DNA of 64,000 bases from Octopus sinensis (Eukaryota), in contig NC_043002.1 in assembly GCF_006345805.1 (NCBI RefSeq), positions 75,082,001 through 75,146,000 on the forward strand, in the 5' to 3' direction. Both the position numbers and the translations under genes were made by a program. The notes beneath the pieces were generated by a model that made no database searches, had not been told where the DNA came from, and worked only from the letters and a program-made list of their open reading frames with translations. This document shows positions 37,530 to 49,936 of the stretch, piece by piece; the stretch's first letter is position 1, and every line of letters starts with the position of its first letter.

Positions 37530-37835
37530 AGTGGCACTCCATTGGCTATGATGATGAAGGCTCCAGAACAGCCTGCTCATGACACTGTTGTGCAAGTGGC
37601 TGAGCACTTCACAGGCATGTGTACCCTTCACATAGTTTTTAGATCGGATTCAGTATGATGCAGAATGTGACAAGGCTTGTCCTTTGAATTACAGGTGCAA
37701 CTCATCATTGCCAGCCGAGTGGACTGGAGCAATGTGAAATAAAGCATCTTGCTGAGGGACACAATGCACTGCTAGGGATTGAACTGACAACCTTATGACT
37801 ATGAACTGAATACTCTAACTACTAAGTCAGGCACC
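37530..37835 (-). mobile_element. SINE family C
   Basis: ggcactcc...gcaagtggctgagcac...gccagccgagtggactggagcaatgtgaaataaag...ctaactactaag. Confidence 0.8.
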
Positions 37836-37877
37836 ATTGCATGCATACACATATGCACACACAAACATAGAATATAA

Positions 37878-38108
37878 GGCGGCGAGTTAGCAGAAACATT
37901 AGCATGCCGGGCGAAATGCTTGGTGGTATTTTGTCTGCCATTCGTTCTGAGTTCAAATTCTGCCGAGATCGACTTTGCCTTTCATCCTTTCGGGGTCGAT
38001 AAATTAAGTACTAGTTATGCACTGGGGTCGATCTAATTGACTTAATTCCTTTGCGTGTCCTTGTTTGTCCCATCTATGTTTAGCCCCTTGTGGGCAATAT
38101 AGAAATAA
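37878..38108 (+). mobile_element. SINE family B, young full copy
   Basis: ggcggcgagttagcagaaacattagcatgccgggcgaaatg...ttctgagttcaaattctgccgagatcgactttgcctttcatcctttcggggtcgataaattaagtac...; many CpGs retained. Confidence 0.9.
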
Positions 38109-38820
38109 CAAATATACTCATAGAAACACATGCTCATACACAAACACATACGCAAAAAGTTAAAGAAAGAATAGGCACATTAATTGGGTCTTACTATTAC
38201 AAATTTTGAGAAGAAAAATGTAGGGGTTGAATAATGAAGATAATAACAGATTAAGGGAATGAACTTTTTACATTGAACAAGAATGACTTTCTTGGTAGGT
38301 GTGCCTACCTCTCCAGTGATACCTGCATTTACAAAGCAAGCACCAGTTGAGTGGGTGGCTATGCAATTTGTTTGCTTGAGTTTTATTACAGGTTCTAATT
38401 TTATTAATCTTCTTTAGATTGACTAGCAAAATTATTCTCTAGCTAGCATTGAACTCTGAAACAAGATGCACTAAAAAACAGATTCTCTGATGTTTCTAGC
38501 ATTACTGCATACTCATTTGCATGAGAGAATTTTTAGGTGCATTTAACTCCTGTCCATATTGACCTTAAATCATTTAAGAAACCTTCTCATGAGTTAAAGA
38601 GTTAGGGCCAAGCAAGAAATAAGATAAACAGTGAATAGTGGTAGATTCTGATTACTTACCTCATTCAGTTTTGTTATATTCATCACCATTATTTTCCTTA
38701 TAACTATCATTAGTGGCCATTAATTCTTGACATCTTATATAAAACAAATCCACCTGACAACTTATGTATCTGTAAGTCCTAAGCTGCTGGAGCCTCCTGA
38801 ATTGAAACAACCTTGTTTAA

Positions 38821-39032
38821 CCCTTTAACATTTAGATTACCCTGTCAAATGTAATGCTTATTTATTCACACTGACTTGAATTAATCATGCATTATCTTGT
38901 AGCTTTGAGATTTTATTGATGTGATTGTTTATTTTTAGAATGGTGCTGTTCGGTGGGTGTGGGAGGTAGGATCTGGTCAGTTTGAACATAAAACCAGTAG
39001 AATATCTGGGCTAGCTACAGCTGGTTAAAGGA
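38821..39032. mobile_element. piggyBac-type MITE, second family, right end decayed
   Basis: TTAA 38817-38820 followed by CCCTTTAACATT; right TIR/TSD not clearly recognisable. Confidence 0.55.
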
Positions 39033-39847
39033 AGTTTTGAACCCTTGAACTTTCTAATCCTTTCTTCTGCCATGTATTTACATTTTGTTACATTCATTTA
39101 CTAACTCTTTTGAGACCAACTTGCTTGAGACCACCCTTGGTTATCTGAAACAATCTTATTTTGAATTGATCTAAATTAAAACTTCTATCCAAATTTCAAA
39201 TTAATTTGTTTTTAAAACCAGCTTAATAATGATAAAGTTATTTTCCTAAATTCTTCCTTATTTTCAAAATTAATTGAAACAAAGGCAGTGTTTTTCAATG
39301 GAAATATTCTAATAAAAGGCTTAGAATCAATCCAGATGTCGATAGATTTCTGTGATTATTTTATAGTTTTTTTTTAAAATTGAAACTTTCAAGGCTCTCT
39401 CAGCAATGTTCCTGAATGTTAGGTAGTGGCCAAAAAAGTACGATCATGAATGCAAGCAACCAAAATGGGGTTTCCCTGAAGAAGCAACCATTCCTCTGGC
39501 CATGCCCACACCTAAAGCCAAGTAACATTCTTTTCATCATTCTTAATGGGTTTTTTTTATTTTGAAATTTTTTTTACTTATGTAGTAAATTAACCATCAG
39601 ACATTCATAGCATTTTTAGCACAAATTACATAAAGAAACTAAATCTCTTCTGTAATACTGTCAATTTTCACTATAACGATCTGACCACAAATAAAAACAC
39701 AATAAGCATTTGAATAAACAAAATCAATTTTAGGTATTTTTTGCTCAATAATTACAGGACCATCTTTCCTATTATTTCCTGTGCTTTTTTACAGTGATGG
39801 TAGAGTATGGTAGGAGGGAAATTGGCTACTATTTTAGAATGTTGAAA

Positions 39848-40066
39848 GGCAGTAAGCTGGCAGAATCGTTAGCATGTTGGGTGAAAATGCTTGGAAGTAT
39901 TTCGCCCATTGCTACTTTCTAAGTCCAAATTCTGCTGAGGTTGACTTTGTTTTTCATTGTTTCAGGGTCAATGAATTAAGTACCAGTGAAACACTGGGGT
40001 TGCTGTAATCAACTGGTCCCCTCCCCCCAAATGACTGCCCTTATGGCAAAATTTGAAACCATTATT
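39848..40066 (+). mobile_element. SINE family B
   Basis: ggcagtaagctggcagaatcgttagcatg...gttgactttgtttttcattgtttcagggtcaatgaattaagtaccagtgaaacactgggg. Confidence 0.85.
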
Positions 40067-40961
40067 TTAGAATGTTGAGAAACTAAAGAGGCGCTCCTTC
40101 ATTAGCTTATCAGATACTGTGCAGACTAGTTGGAAATAGTTATGGGGAATGTCTCAGACATAAAATACAGTTGATATTACTATAGTCAGTTCAGTGTCAT
40201 ACATTGTGTCCTAATTATTCTGTTCTAGTTTACAACATGTTATGGTCAGTGTTATAAACTATTTTGTATTAACAGGGTGAGATAGTCATGAATAATAAAT
40301 ACTGACAGTTGTGTGAGAACATGCTTGCGTGTGTGTGTGCACATGTGAGTGTATGTGTATGCACACGCCGTCTTCATTAGATTTAATATCATCAACATCC
40401 TTGACTAACACATTTCTCCTTAATAATCTTCATCAAATTACATTCCCAATATTGAGGCGTATGATTCCAGCTTGAAATAAATTTCAGGTATTGCTCTTGT
40501 AAGCACCTACTTGTAACTTGTCTCTGACAGGCATGCCACTTATTCACCAAAAGCTGTTATCATTGTTCTGCTTCATATTCTATGGGTCAATTTAAGGAGA
40601 TTCACACTGTGAACGAGGAGCCTCCTCTCTCTTCTTCAAGCTCTTCATCACTCTGTTACAAGATGTCTGCTCACTCTTGTACATAACATTTGTGGGTGTT
40701 ATCTGGGTGTGTTTCTGTCATGTCTTTCATTTGAGGGGGATAAGGTCATTCATATTGGCATGAAGCCTGTGAATTTATTGAAGAGAAAACAGGTAGTTGT
40801 GATGTTAATACTTTTCTGAAAGACATTAGTAATACAAACTAAATGAAATGACTACAGCTGGAGTTTGAACTGGGTTTCAAGTCTCTGGCTTGTTATTTTG
40901 GGGCCTGCTGTGTTTTGAAAGGGAATATTGAGAGTAGGATTCTGTATTTTTTTTTAATAAG

Positions 40962-41340
40962 CAGGTATGGCTGTGTAGTTAAGAAATTTACTTTTCAGCC
41001 ATGTGGTCTTGGGTTCAGTCCAACTGCATGGCATCTTGAGCAAATGTCCTCCATCATAGACCTGGGCTGACCAAAACCTTGTGAGGAATTGTACGTATGT
41101 ATGAATGTGTATGTCTATGTGTATAAACTCTTCTCTAGAAAGCACATTGTGGCTGTAAAATGGCAATCACCACCATACAAAGGCAGTTCTATGAATAGCA
41201 TGTTCAGCAATGCAAAAATATTTTCTTGCTTGGAAACAGGTGCGGGTTGGTGACAGGAGAGCATCCAGCTGTATAAAAATCTTACTAAGTAAATCCTGTC
41301 TGAGCCTTGCAAGGATCATGATGATGATGATGATGATAAC
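40962..41340 (+). mobile_element. SINE family A'
   Basis: gcaggtatggctgtgtagttaagaa...gggttcagtccaactgcatggca...caggagagcatccagctgtataaaaa...(gat)n tail. Confidence 0.75.
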
Positions 41341-41964
41341 ATTAACGACGATGTAGTAGTAGCAGCAGCAGCAACAGCTGCTGCTACCAATGAAATTACT
41401 GATCTTAACATTGTCAGTTCAATCATTACTGCTTCCATGCCTTGGAAAATCACAGTGTTCCATTTGGCTCATTTTAAACTGGTTGAAGAATAAGCTGTAT
41501 CTTCTGCATTGTAGCAGAATGAAGTAGTTGGCATTAAAACAATTAAGCAACTTATTCTTGTGATAGATATGGCATTATTGTAAAGAACCAAACAACCAAC
41601 TAAAGAAAAACTTCTCTCTCTTCCTCTCCCCATCTCTTTTCTTCTCCTTCTCCCTTAAAATATCGATTTGTAAATTATATAGAGTGTATACAAGCTAATT
41701 TGTCCGTTGAGTTTTCTGCCAGCTCTCTTTAGAGTTAGTTATTTTAAAGCATTAACTAATTAACTTGTGCTTTAATGTTTATCATGAAATATGGTTGTCA
41801 TTGCAATCAAGAATTTCATTGTCTTAATGTAATACACATTTGGATACAATCTTCTTTGCCTGTTAACATTGCCTGTATGTCATATCTTGTGGTTCACATT
41901 GAACTCACCTCCTTCCAATTACTGTCCATGTTTTAACAACACATCACATTTTCACATTTATGTG

Positions 41965-42028
<64 letters not shown>

Positions 42029-42782
42029 TTTTCTTTTATAGTTTCCAAAAATCAGTCATCAATTTTCTGTCTGTCTCCTCAGAAATTCCTAACAAATGCG
42101 AAAGTATAAATATAATTGGAAATAGTAATTGTAGCTGTATTTATTGTATTTTTTTTCTCTCTCCTCACCTGTATCTTAATTAAATTCATTATCTTGAATG
42201 CTTACAGAATGAGTAAAACATATTTCCCTCCAAGCAATTGTCTTATCAACAGAGAATACTGTCTAATTACACTATCTCATTGAGCACAAGCAATTTATAA
42301 AATGCTCTGTCTGTCGTATCATTATAGATTTTGTCCTTTCTTCTTTTTCTTTTTTTTTATACATACTATATACTTTTTTTTCTCCTCCCTGTTCCTCTTC
42401 TTTTTACCACCTGTCTTTTTTCTCTTTCTTTTGTAAATAAGTGGAACTACTAAGAATCTTTTGATACAGTGAAATTTCCAACTGTCTTTTTTGGTAATTC
42501 CCTTCTAGAAGGATGTTCCAGTAATTGTATTCGTAGATGATGTAGATGTGTTTTTTCAGCATCTTCCAGGTTATATTCTGATTTAAGGAGGTTAATTCTA
42601 GTCAGTCTTGGCTTGTTAGCATATGCAAGCAGCAGATTAAGAGCCAGTGCTTATTCGCAAGTGTAGCAAGTAACCTTAACTGCTAAGGGTTAGTTTGACT
42701 TCACCACATAGTTGATTCCCTTTTTCATTACAGCCTCATTCTTTTTCTGCTTAAATCTAGTTATCATTGGATTACATTTTCT

Positions 42783-42837
<55 letters not shown>

Positions 42838-43255
42838 ACTGAAAAACAATATGTCAAGGAAAAAATATGATTGGATGTTTAACACAAAACAAAAAAAAAA
42901 TGAAGTAAAATTCCTCAATGCAATAAGAGCAATAAATGAAGTAACAGAATAAATAATGTATTGAACTTTACTTAGATACATGCACTGCCTCCTATAGATA
43001 GAGACAAATCTCCCCCTCGGCTACCTATAAAATCTATCACTTTGTAACACCTAGTTGCTCAGTTTGCCTTGGAGCATTTTCGAAAATGGAGCTGAATATA
43101 TTGTACCTGCCACATGAAGAGGAAATTATTATTTTTGCTTAATACAATGTTGATACATTGAAAATTATTTGCTTTCTTGCTTTCTTTTCTATTAATTTCA
43201 TATTTTTATTTCACGAATATTGCTTTATGCATATTTGTTTCTTTCTCTGTCTTTA

Positions 43256-43301
<46 letters not shown>

Positions 43302-43483
43302 TACTATTATTATTATTATTATTATTATTCCTCCTTTTATAAGTATTATTATTATTGTCATTATTTGTTTTATTATTCATTTTATAAGTATTATTGTTAT
43401 TATTCATTTTAATATTCATTTTATAGAAATTATTCATCATCATCATTATTATTATTATTATTATTATTATTCATTTTATAAGT
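43256..43483. repeat. Compound (ATT)n array punctuated by TTTTATAAGT-like units
   Basis: ttttataagt at 43335, 43380 and 43474, variant ttttataga at 43419; source of the poly-Y/I/N ORFs. Confidence 0.85.
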
Positions 43484-44247
43484 CTTTTGCATCATTCATT
43501 TGGTTGTATTTCATTCTTCTTTGAAGGAAACCAGTTTATAGTTCTTTTTTTTTTGTTACTTTGTCGTGTCTGTTTCATATTCATATTTGTTGTTGTTATA
43601 TTCTTCCCAATCATTTTGCTTTTTGATTTTCTTTCTTTTTTTTTTATTACATTTTCATCATGGCCTTAGATATTGTCAATTGAAAGGAAAAAAGTAATTT
43701 TTTTCTTCTTCCTTTTGTCTTTATGTATATGCATTCTTTGCTTTGTTATATGCTGCACCTTATAGTCTCAAACTCTGTTAGAGAAAATGGCAGAGACAGT
43801 TGTAATCAAATGGAATTCTCTCTGCTCTGGGAATATTTCTTCTCAAAGTAATATTTGTAAAATGAGAGAAACAGAAAATGAATGCATGTCTTGTTAGTAG
43901 TTCCTCCTTAAAACTATGATAAATGATCATTTTTGTTCAATGTACAATGCAGACAAGAAGGAAAATAATTCTGATAAATGTTTGAAATTTATTCAGTATT
44001 AATATTTTTTCCACCCACTTTTTCTTATTTTTTATTTTTATGCTTGCAAGCAAAGCACAAATAAATATTTCATCGTACATTGTATTAAGCATAGGAATCT
44101 GGTAGCCAAGAGGTTAGTAAGATGGTTTATAGTATGTGGAGTTATATCTTCAAATTTTGTCACAAAGCATAGGAATTATGCTTGCTTCGAACTGGTTGAT
44201 AACTTGTGAAGGAATTTGTTAAATAGAAACTCTGTGGAAGCCAGCTG

Positions 44248-44341
<94 letters not shown>

Positions 44342-44487
44342 GTGTGTCTGTGCATGAATGCTGACATTTCATGGTTTTGCTTGTCACCCACTGCCTAACC
44401 AAATGGTGATAGGATGTTTACATTCCTTGTCACAAAATGTGTAGTTACTTTGCTTTTCCAAAGACCTGAGAGCTAACAATAATAACG

Positions 44488-44697
44488 ATGAAGCTAGCTG
44501 GCAGAATCGTTAGTATGCTGAGTGAAATGCCTGGCAGTATTTCGTCTGCCATTATGTTCTGAGTTCAAATCCTGCTGAGGTCGACTCTGCCTTTCATCCT
44601 TTCGAAGTTGATTAAATAAGTACCAGTTATGCACTGGGGTTGATGTAATTGACTTAATCCCCTCTATGTTTAGCCCCCTGTGGGCAATAAATAAATA
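44488..44697 (+). mobile_element. SINE family B
   Basis: agctggcagaatcgttag...ttctgagttcaaatcctgctgaggtcgactctgcctttcatcctttcg...gtaccagttatgcactgggg. Confidence 0.87.
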
Positions 44698-44754
44698 TAT
44701 AATGATGCTAAAAGCAATAATAAAAATGATGATAATAATAACAATGGTGATATA

Positions 44755-45218
44755 GTACCAGGCAGTGGCTCTCATGGCTTCTGATCTTAACTGATTGGAA
44801 GTGTTATCATGTACATTGTTTTGTCTTGGTATAAAAGATGGGCTACAGCAAATATTCTGCTCAATACCACTGATTTGCTTGTCAGTTGTTTGACCTTAAC
44901 CAGTTGAGCATGTCCCTTAGTGGCTGACGATATGTGCATCTCTGGAAACATGGGTGGTTCTTTCAACATCCTTAAACAACCCTTATTCAGGGACCTTTTG
45001 AGTGGGATGGGCTACTCAACCTGAAGAAATTTCTGACTGGGCCCCACCTGCAAGGTCATGTGCTGTTTATCTTGATATGAGATCACCATGTCGCGCACAT
45101 ATGGTTGTGATACATGTGCCTGGTGTACCCTTATCAGACAGGTAGTCATGATGGGTATATTGGGCTTCGTATATTTTACCCCAGTGTCACTTTGCTGGCA
45201 TGCACTGCTCTTTCACTC

Positions 45219-45220
<2 letters not shown>
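44755..45220. mobile_element. Interspersed repeat, class undetermined (family E)
   Basis: 45001-45220 recurs inverted at 59292-59512; flanked by an (AAT)n tract; no ORF, TIR or TSD identified. Confidence 0.7.
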
Positions 45221-45249
<29 letters not shown>

Positions 45250-45267
45250 GCAATAATAATAATAATA

Positions 45268-45488
45268 AATAATAGTCCTTTCTACTATAGACACAAGATC
45301 TGAAATTTTGGGGGAGGTGACTAGTCAATTTCATCAACCCCAGTGCATAACTGGTACTTAATTTATCAACCCCGAAAGGATGAAAGGCGAAGTCAACCCT
45401 GACGGCATTTAAACTGAGAACGTGAAGACAAACGGAATACCACTAAGCATTTCACCCGGTATGCTAATGACTCTGCCAGTTCGCCGCC
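45268..45488 (-). mobile_element. SINE family B, inverted relative to 44488-44697
   Basis: ccccagtgcataactggtacttaatttatcaaccccgaaaggatgaaaggcgaagtcaacc...ctgccagttcgccgcc. Confidence 0.88.
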
Positions 45489-46593
45489 TTCATATAATAA
45501 TAATAAACTCTTTTACATGAAAGGAAAAAAATAAGGTTTAATGATAGAAAGAGCATTCAGTTGTAAAACCCATCCTTCCATGAATTTCTATGAAGAACTG
45601 TGATTGATGGTTTTAACTGGCACCCTCTATCAAAATTGCTGGCATTGTGCCTAGATAACTAATCATTATTTCCAGTCAAATATGGTTTTTCTGGTTGTAC
45701 ATTAAGTAATGGTTTCAAATATTTTCATTAGTATTCTGTTCTGATAGCAGTTTAAGTGTTGGGTCAATAATTATAAAATTTCATTGCTACCATAAATGTC
45801 TTCAACCATGATTGTCTTTATTCTTTACTTTTGGGTTAATTAAAAACAAATGTGCTAAAGCAAATAAACCCAAATGATTTATAATTCTTGGTTATTTATC
45901 TTCGTTTCTCTTCTTTACTGAATAAATGATTCACTGTGGTATCATCATAATTAACAGCCTTGTTATGTGATAATTCTAATTCACTAATAATCACATTACT
46001 GAATCTATTTTCCCCTTCAACTCCTGGCTGGTGTTTGTTCTGATAGCTCTGTCATGAGATGGCATCATGGTGCAGCTATCTTAATGATAATTGTTCAAGC
46101 TGTTAATTAGTACAAAACTATTTGGCTTCATTTCATTTCACTTTTGCTCTTGTGGATTATTATTTATTAAACTTCATGAGGAACTCTTCACTAAACGCAG
46201 ATAAACTAGGTATCTTTTCTGCTTTTGAACTTCTGTTGAGTTTAAATTATTAATATTTGAATGGGATTTCATTTCCATTTTCATTGATGTTTGTTTCCTT
46301 AAGTATAACTAACCTTGTTTAGAGCAATGAAAAAGAATATTATCATCCTTTTCTAATTTGAAATAAAGAGGTGAAAGATTAAGAGATTCTTTTCCTTCTT
46401 ATCCAGTATTTTTTAATATTTTTTGTGAGCCCACTCTTTGCAGCCGTCATTTCAAAATAAACTACTTTTTAGATTTACTTAACTTATTCTTCATTATATC
46501 TTTCTTGGGTCATCCATTGTCTTCAGATTTGCTCATCATGATCAACAACATATACTCATGATTAAGGGAATCTTTAATTCTTACCCATATTTA

Positions 46594-46748
46594 CGAGGGG
46601 TGCTGAAAAATTCCTGGCTTTAAGGGTATCACAAAAGGCCTGGTTGGAGGCCCAACCTTCCGAGTTCTTTTACACGGCTTAGGAAAACTGAAGGACCTTT
46701 GCAATAAGTGTGTGAATCTGAGAGAAGAATATGTTGAATAAAATCATA
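46594..46748 (+). mobile_element. mariner-derived non-autonomous element, right end missing
   Basis: TA then CGAGGGGTGCTGAAAAATTCCTGGC (TIR-like); 46676-46741 translates GLGKLKDLCNKCVNLREEYVE*, like the mariner transposase C-terminus (G..KL..RW.KC....G.YVE). Confidence 0.75.
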
Positions 46749-46769
46749 CAAGCCATATACATTACCACC

Positions 46770-47182
46770 ATCATGATCATCATTTAACCCTTTCGTTACC
46801 AACCCAGCCAAAACTGGCTCTGGCTCTGTAGTACAAGTGTCTTGTTTTCATAAGTTTTGCATTAAAATATACCACCACACCTTAGTCGCAATTTATGTTC
46901 CTAACACTTGTTTAATGATAACTAAGTTATTTTACTAAATTCTTTGTTATATTTAAAATAATTGAAAGAAACACAGAGCATCTTAAAATAAATACAGTAA
47001 CTAAAGAGTTAACATTCACATTCCATGTTGATATGGGTTGGCTGGTTTGACAGATCTGATATCTCTAAGAACTGCAGTATGTTCCAGTGTCTGCTTTGGA
47101 ATGTTTGTTATGGTTGGATGCCCTTCCTAATGCCAATCACTTTAAAGCATGTACTGGGTGCCTTTCATGTGTTACTGGCACT
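46770..47182 (-). mobile_element. RTE-3'-end element split by the piggyBac MITE
   Basis: catcatTTAA[MITE]cattcacattccatg...atgggttgg...ggttggatgcccttcctaatgccaatcactt. Confidence 0.75.
46788..47008. mobile_element. piggyBac-type MITE, 221 bp
   Basis: TTAA TSD at 46784-46787 and 47009-47012; TIRs CCCTTTCGTTACC versus reverse complement CTCTTTAGTTACT (10/13). Confidence 0.88.
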
Positions 47183-47209
47183 AATCAAGTTGCAATGCAA
47201 CTAATAGTT

Positions 47210-47749
47210 CAGGGTTATTCAAAAAGAATGAACCGATTTCATTACGCAATACTTTAATAAGGAAATGCAATAGAAAACTCCAGCTAAGTTACAAGTATTT
47301 ATTCACAATCAACTTTTGTTTCCTGTCTTACAAGTGTTCAGTGTGGCCACCACCTCCAGCATGGGCAACATCAATACGATAAGAGAATTCCTCTCAGACA
47401 CGTATCAGCATATCATGATCCACTGAGTTGATCGCTGTTGTTATTCAATATTTGAGGTCATTGAGGTTAGTGGATCGTATTTATGTTCCTCCGCTATCCA
47501 CTAAACTTGATGACCTTAAACATCAAAATACAATAGTGGATTGTGATATGCTGATATGCCTCTGGGAGGAATTCTCTTATGACATTGATGTTACCCGTGC
47601 TGCAGGTGGTGGCCACATTGAACACTTGTAAGACAAGAAATAAAATTTGATTGTTAGTAAATACTTGTGATTTAGCTGCAGTTTTCCAATGCTTTTCCTT
47701 ATTAAAATATTGCGTAATGAAATCGGTTCATTCTTTTTGAATAACTCTC
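47210..47749. mobile_element. Tc1/mariner-superfamily foldback element made of two inverted transposase 3' ends
   Basis: Arms 47210-47475 and 47496-47749 are inverted copies around a 20-nt spacer. Plus arm encodes RIYVPPLSTKLDDLK...DMLICLWEEFSYDIDVTRAAGGGHIEHL*; minus arm encodes NLNDLKY*ITTAINSVDHDMLIRV*EEFSYRIDVAHAGGGGHTEHL*. Ends CAGGGTTATTCAAAAAGAATGAACCG. Confidence 0.9.
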
Positions 47750-49589
47750 TATTATGAAACCTGAGATGGGAGATCAGTCTTATGCTTGGAGATGGGGTAG
47801 TAGGACAGGTTTTTGTTGTAGAGGAATTACATGGAAAATTTCTATACAGTACTACCTGGTTCTCTTTTTGGCCACTTTTCAAATGCAATAGAATGTCATT
47901 TTATTGTGAATATATAGAATCTGTAACAATATTTTTCTGTCTCTCAACCAACTGCAACACTGTCTTTATGTCTCTGAATTTCCTTTCCACTAATTTTTGC
48001 TTGCTTTACGTCAAGAGTTCTACTGTTGAAACCACAACTCCCTTTGAATAGTCTAGAAGCAGAGTTTTCTAATTTTGAACATTCAACATTTAAAAATTGA
48101 CTTTGACAGTGTGTGTGGGTGCAGAGGTATAGCCATGTGGTTGAAAAGTTCACTTTGCAATCATAGTTTCAGTCTTCTACTGGATTGATTAATGCTTTGT
48201 GGCTGGAGTTTAGTAGATAGGGACCCTCTGTGTGTGTGTGAACTTAGCAGTTGGGCAAACAAGATTTGATAAAATAAATATCATACTGGCATGAATACTG
48301 GATTGAAATATGGTTTATTAAACTCTTGAAGGTAGTTCACTAGCATTGCCACAATCCAGTGGCTGAAGCCAGTAAAAGAATATATATACAGTAATGCAGT
48401 GTATATAAAGATATATAATAAAATCATCTCTCTCTTTCTTATTCTCTCCCCCTCTTTCTCTCTCACATTTGCATACATTACATGCAAACAGAACTTATAC
48501 ATATCTACCTATCAGTATCTATCCCACTCTCCCACTTTCTCTCTCTCTCTCCATATATATATACATACATACATATGTACATACATGTATTTGTGAACAT
48601 GCGTGTGCAGACATGCACACACAAAGTATTTGATTTATTGTTGCATTGTGTACACATAAAACGTTATGTAGATTGCAGGTTAAGTTGTTGGAACGACAAT
48701 AATAGGGGTATATTAATTTTGTATTTGTGTATGAAAATTAAATGATGATGGTGATGATAATGTTTGTTTGTTTGTGTGTGTGTGTATGTGTGTTTATTTA
48801 ATAGAGTTTCATTCGACACAATAAGATCTGGTCTCAGCAGTCGAAATTCACGTCATTATTTTAACAATGACTTCAGATATTTTGGAAAGTTTTGCATATT
48901 TCCATTGTGTCACACATAGATTGATTTTGTAGAATTCGGTTCAGTTGTTTGTATTCTTTCTTTTTGCAGAACTCAGTTTCTTTAGGTTCCTACATAAACA
49001 TTTGGTTTCATAACCAATTATTTGTTCAGCAGCCTTTGTGTGCGTGTGTGTGTATGCACACATGCACACAAGAGCTTATGCATGTGACTGTGTACAATTA
49101 TATATTCATGTATATTTTCAGGTACTTACATGTACACACATACATATATACATGTGTGTGTATATGTGTGTGATTTTTGCATATGTGCCTATTTGCATAC
49201 ACCGGGCCTTTTCAATACATATGTATATTTATCATATGTGTATTGTATGAATGTATGTTTATATTTGTAGATATTTTTGTGTATTTCCTGTTTGTGTATG
49301 TGTAAGATGGAGACAGAGTGAATGAGTGAGTAAGAGGCATGCATTCACGTATTATTGATTGGATGATAAAGCAGCTCTGTCACATGTGAAACTGTATCTG
49401 CATTCAGATTGAAAAACTAATGCTCAGCTATTGCAAGTCTGGAATATATAGCAGAAATCTTGTTTGATCAAGTCATTGAATAATAGGGAACTGTGTTTGA
49501 TAACTAAGCAAACATTGAAAGACCTGAACAAGCTATCTCTGGTTGCAGCGTGGTCACTGACTGCAGATGGTGTTTGCTTGTTTGGATTG

Positions 49590-49661
49590 TATAAATATTT
49601 GCTCCGCTGTGTGATCAAGTAGTAGCCGTTGGTCATAGGGTGTTTACTGGCTTAGGTAAGT
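49590..49661 (+). promoter_or_regulatory. Candidate TATA-box core promoter with short non-coding first exon (about 49621-49655)
   Basis: TATAAATA 49590-49597; pyrimidine-purine T/A at 49620/49621 (about 31 nt downstream); consensus donor AG|GTAAGT at 49655/49656; unique sequence with several CpGs. Confidence 0.3.
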
Positions 49662-49893
49662 CAGTCGATTGCTACTGTGGAGTGGGTTTGCTTTACTGCA
49701 ATCAGCCAGCTTGATGACAAAGCAGCCATTCTATGGCACTTATATCTATGTAAACAAAGACATAAAGCTATCATTATTGTGTCTTTGCTCTTTTGTTAGT
49801 GATTCACACCCAAATGATTAGGAATTTCAGATACATGAACTGTGTGTATCTATATTTGTATTACCTTATGTATAAATGTTGTGTTTGTGCATA

Positions 49894-49936
<43 letters not shown>

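Noticed and set aside
38654-38800. Minus-strand exon ending at strong donor GAG|gtaagt
   Set aside because: The long open frame stops one base before the donor and the other frames contain stops; isolated, no partner exons.
39653-39663. 11-nt match to miR-8/miR-200 5' end
   Set aside because: Expected by chance in AT-rich DNA; no hairpin.
43026-43140. TATAAAA, TCAGTT initiator and AAAATGG start
   Set aside because: TATA-to-initiator spacing is about 35 nt (non-canonical); the ORF is 18 codons with no good donor.
43158-43524. Poly-Tyr/Ile/Asn ORFs (and similar poly-HT/YI/CV ORFs throughout)
   Set aside because: Translations of (ATT)n, (AC)n and (TA)n microsatellites.
44924-44948. CTGACGA...GAAA hammerhead-like spacing
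   Set aside because: The intervening 14 nt do not form a closed stem II, and stems I/III are not evident.
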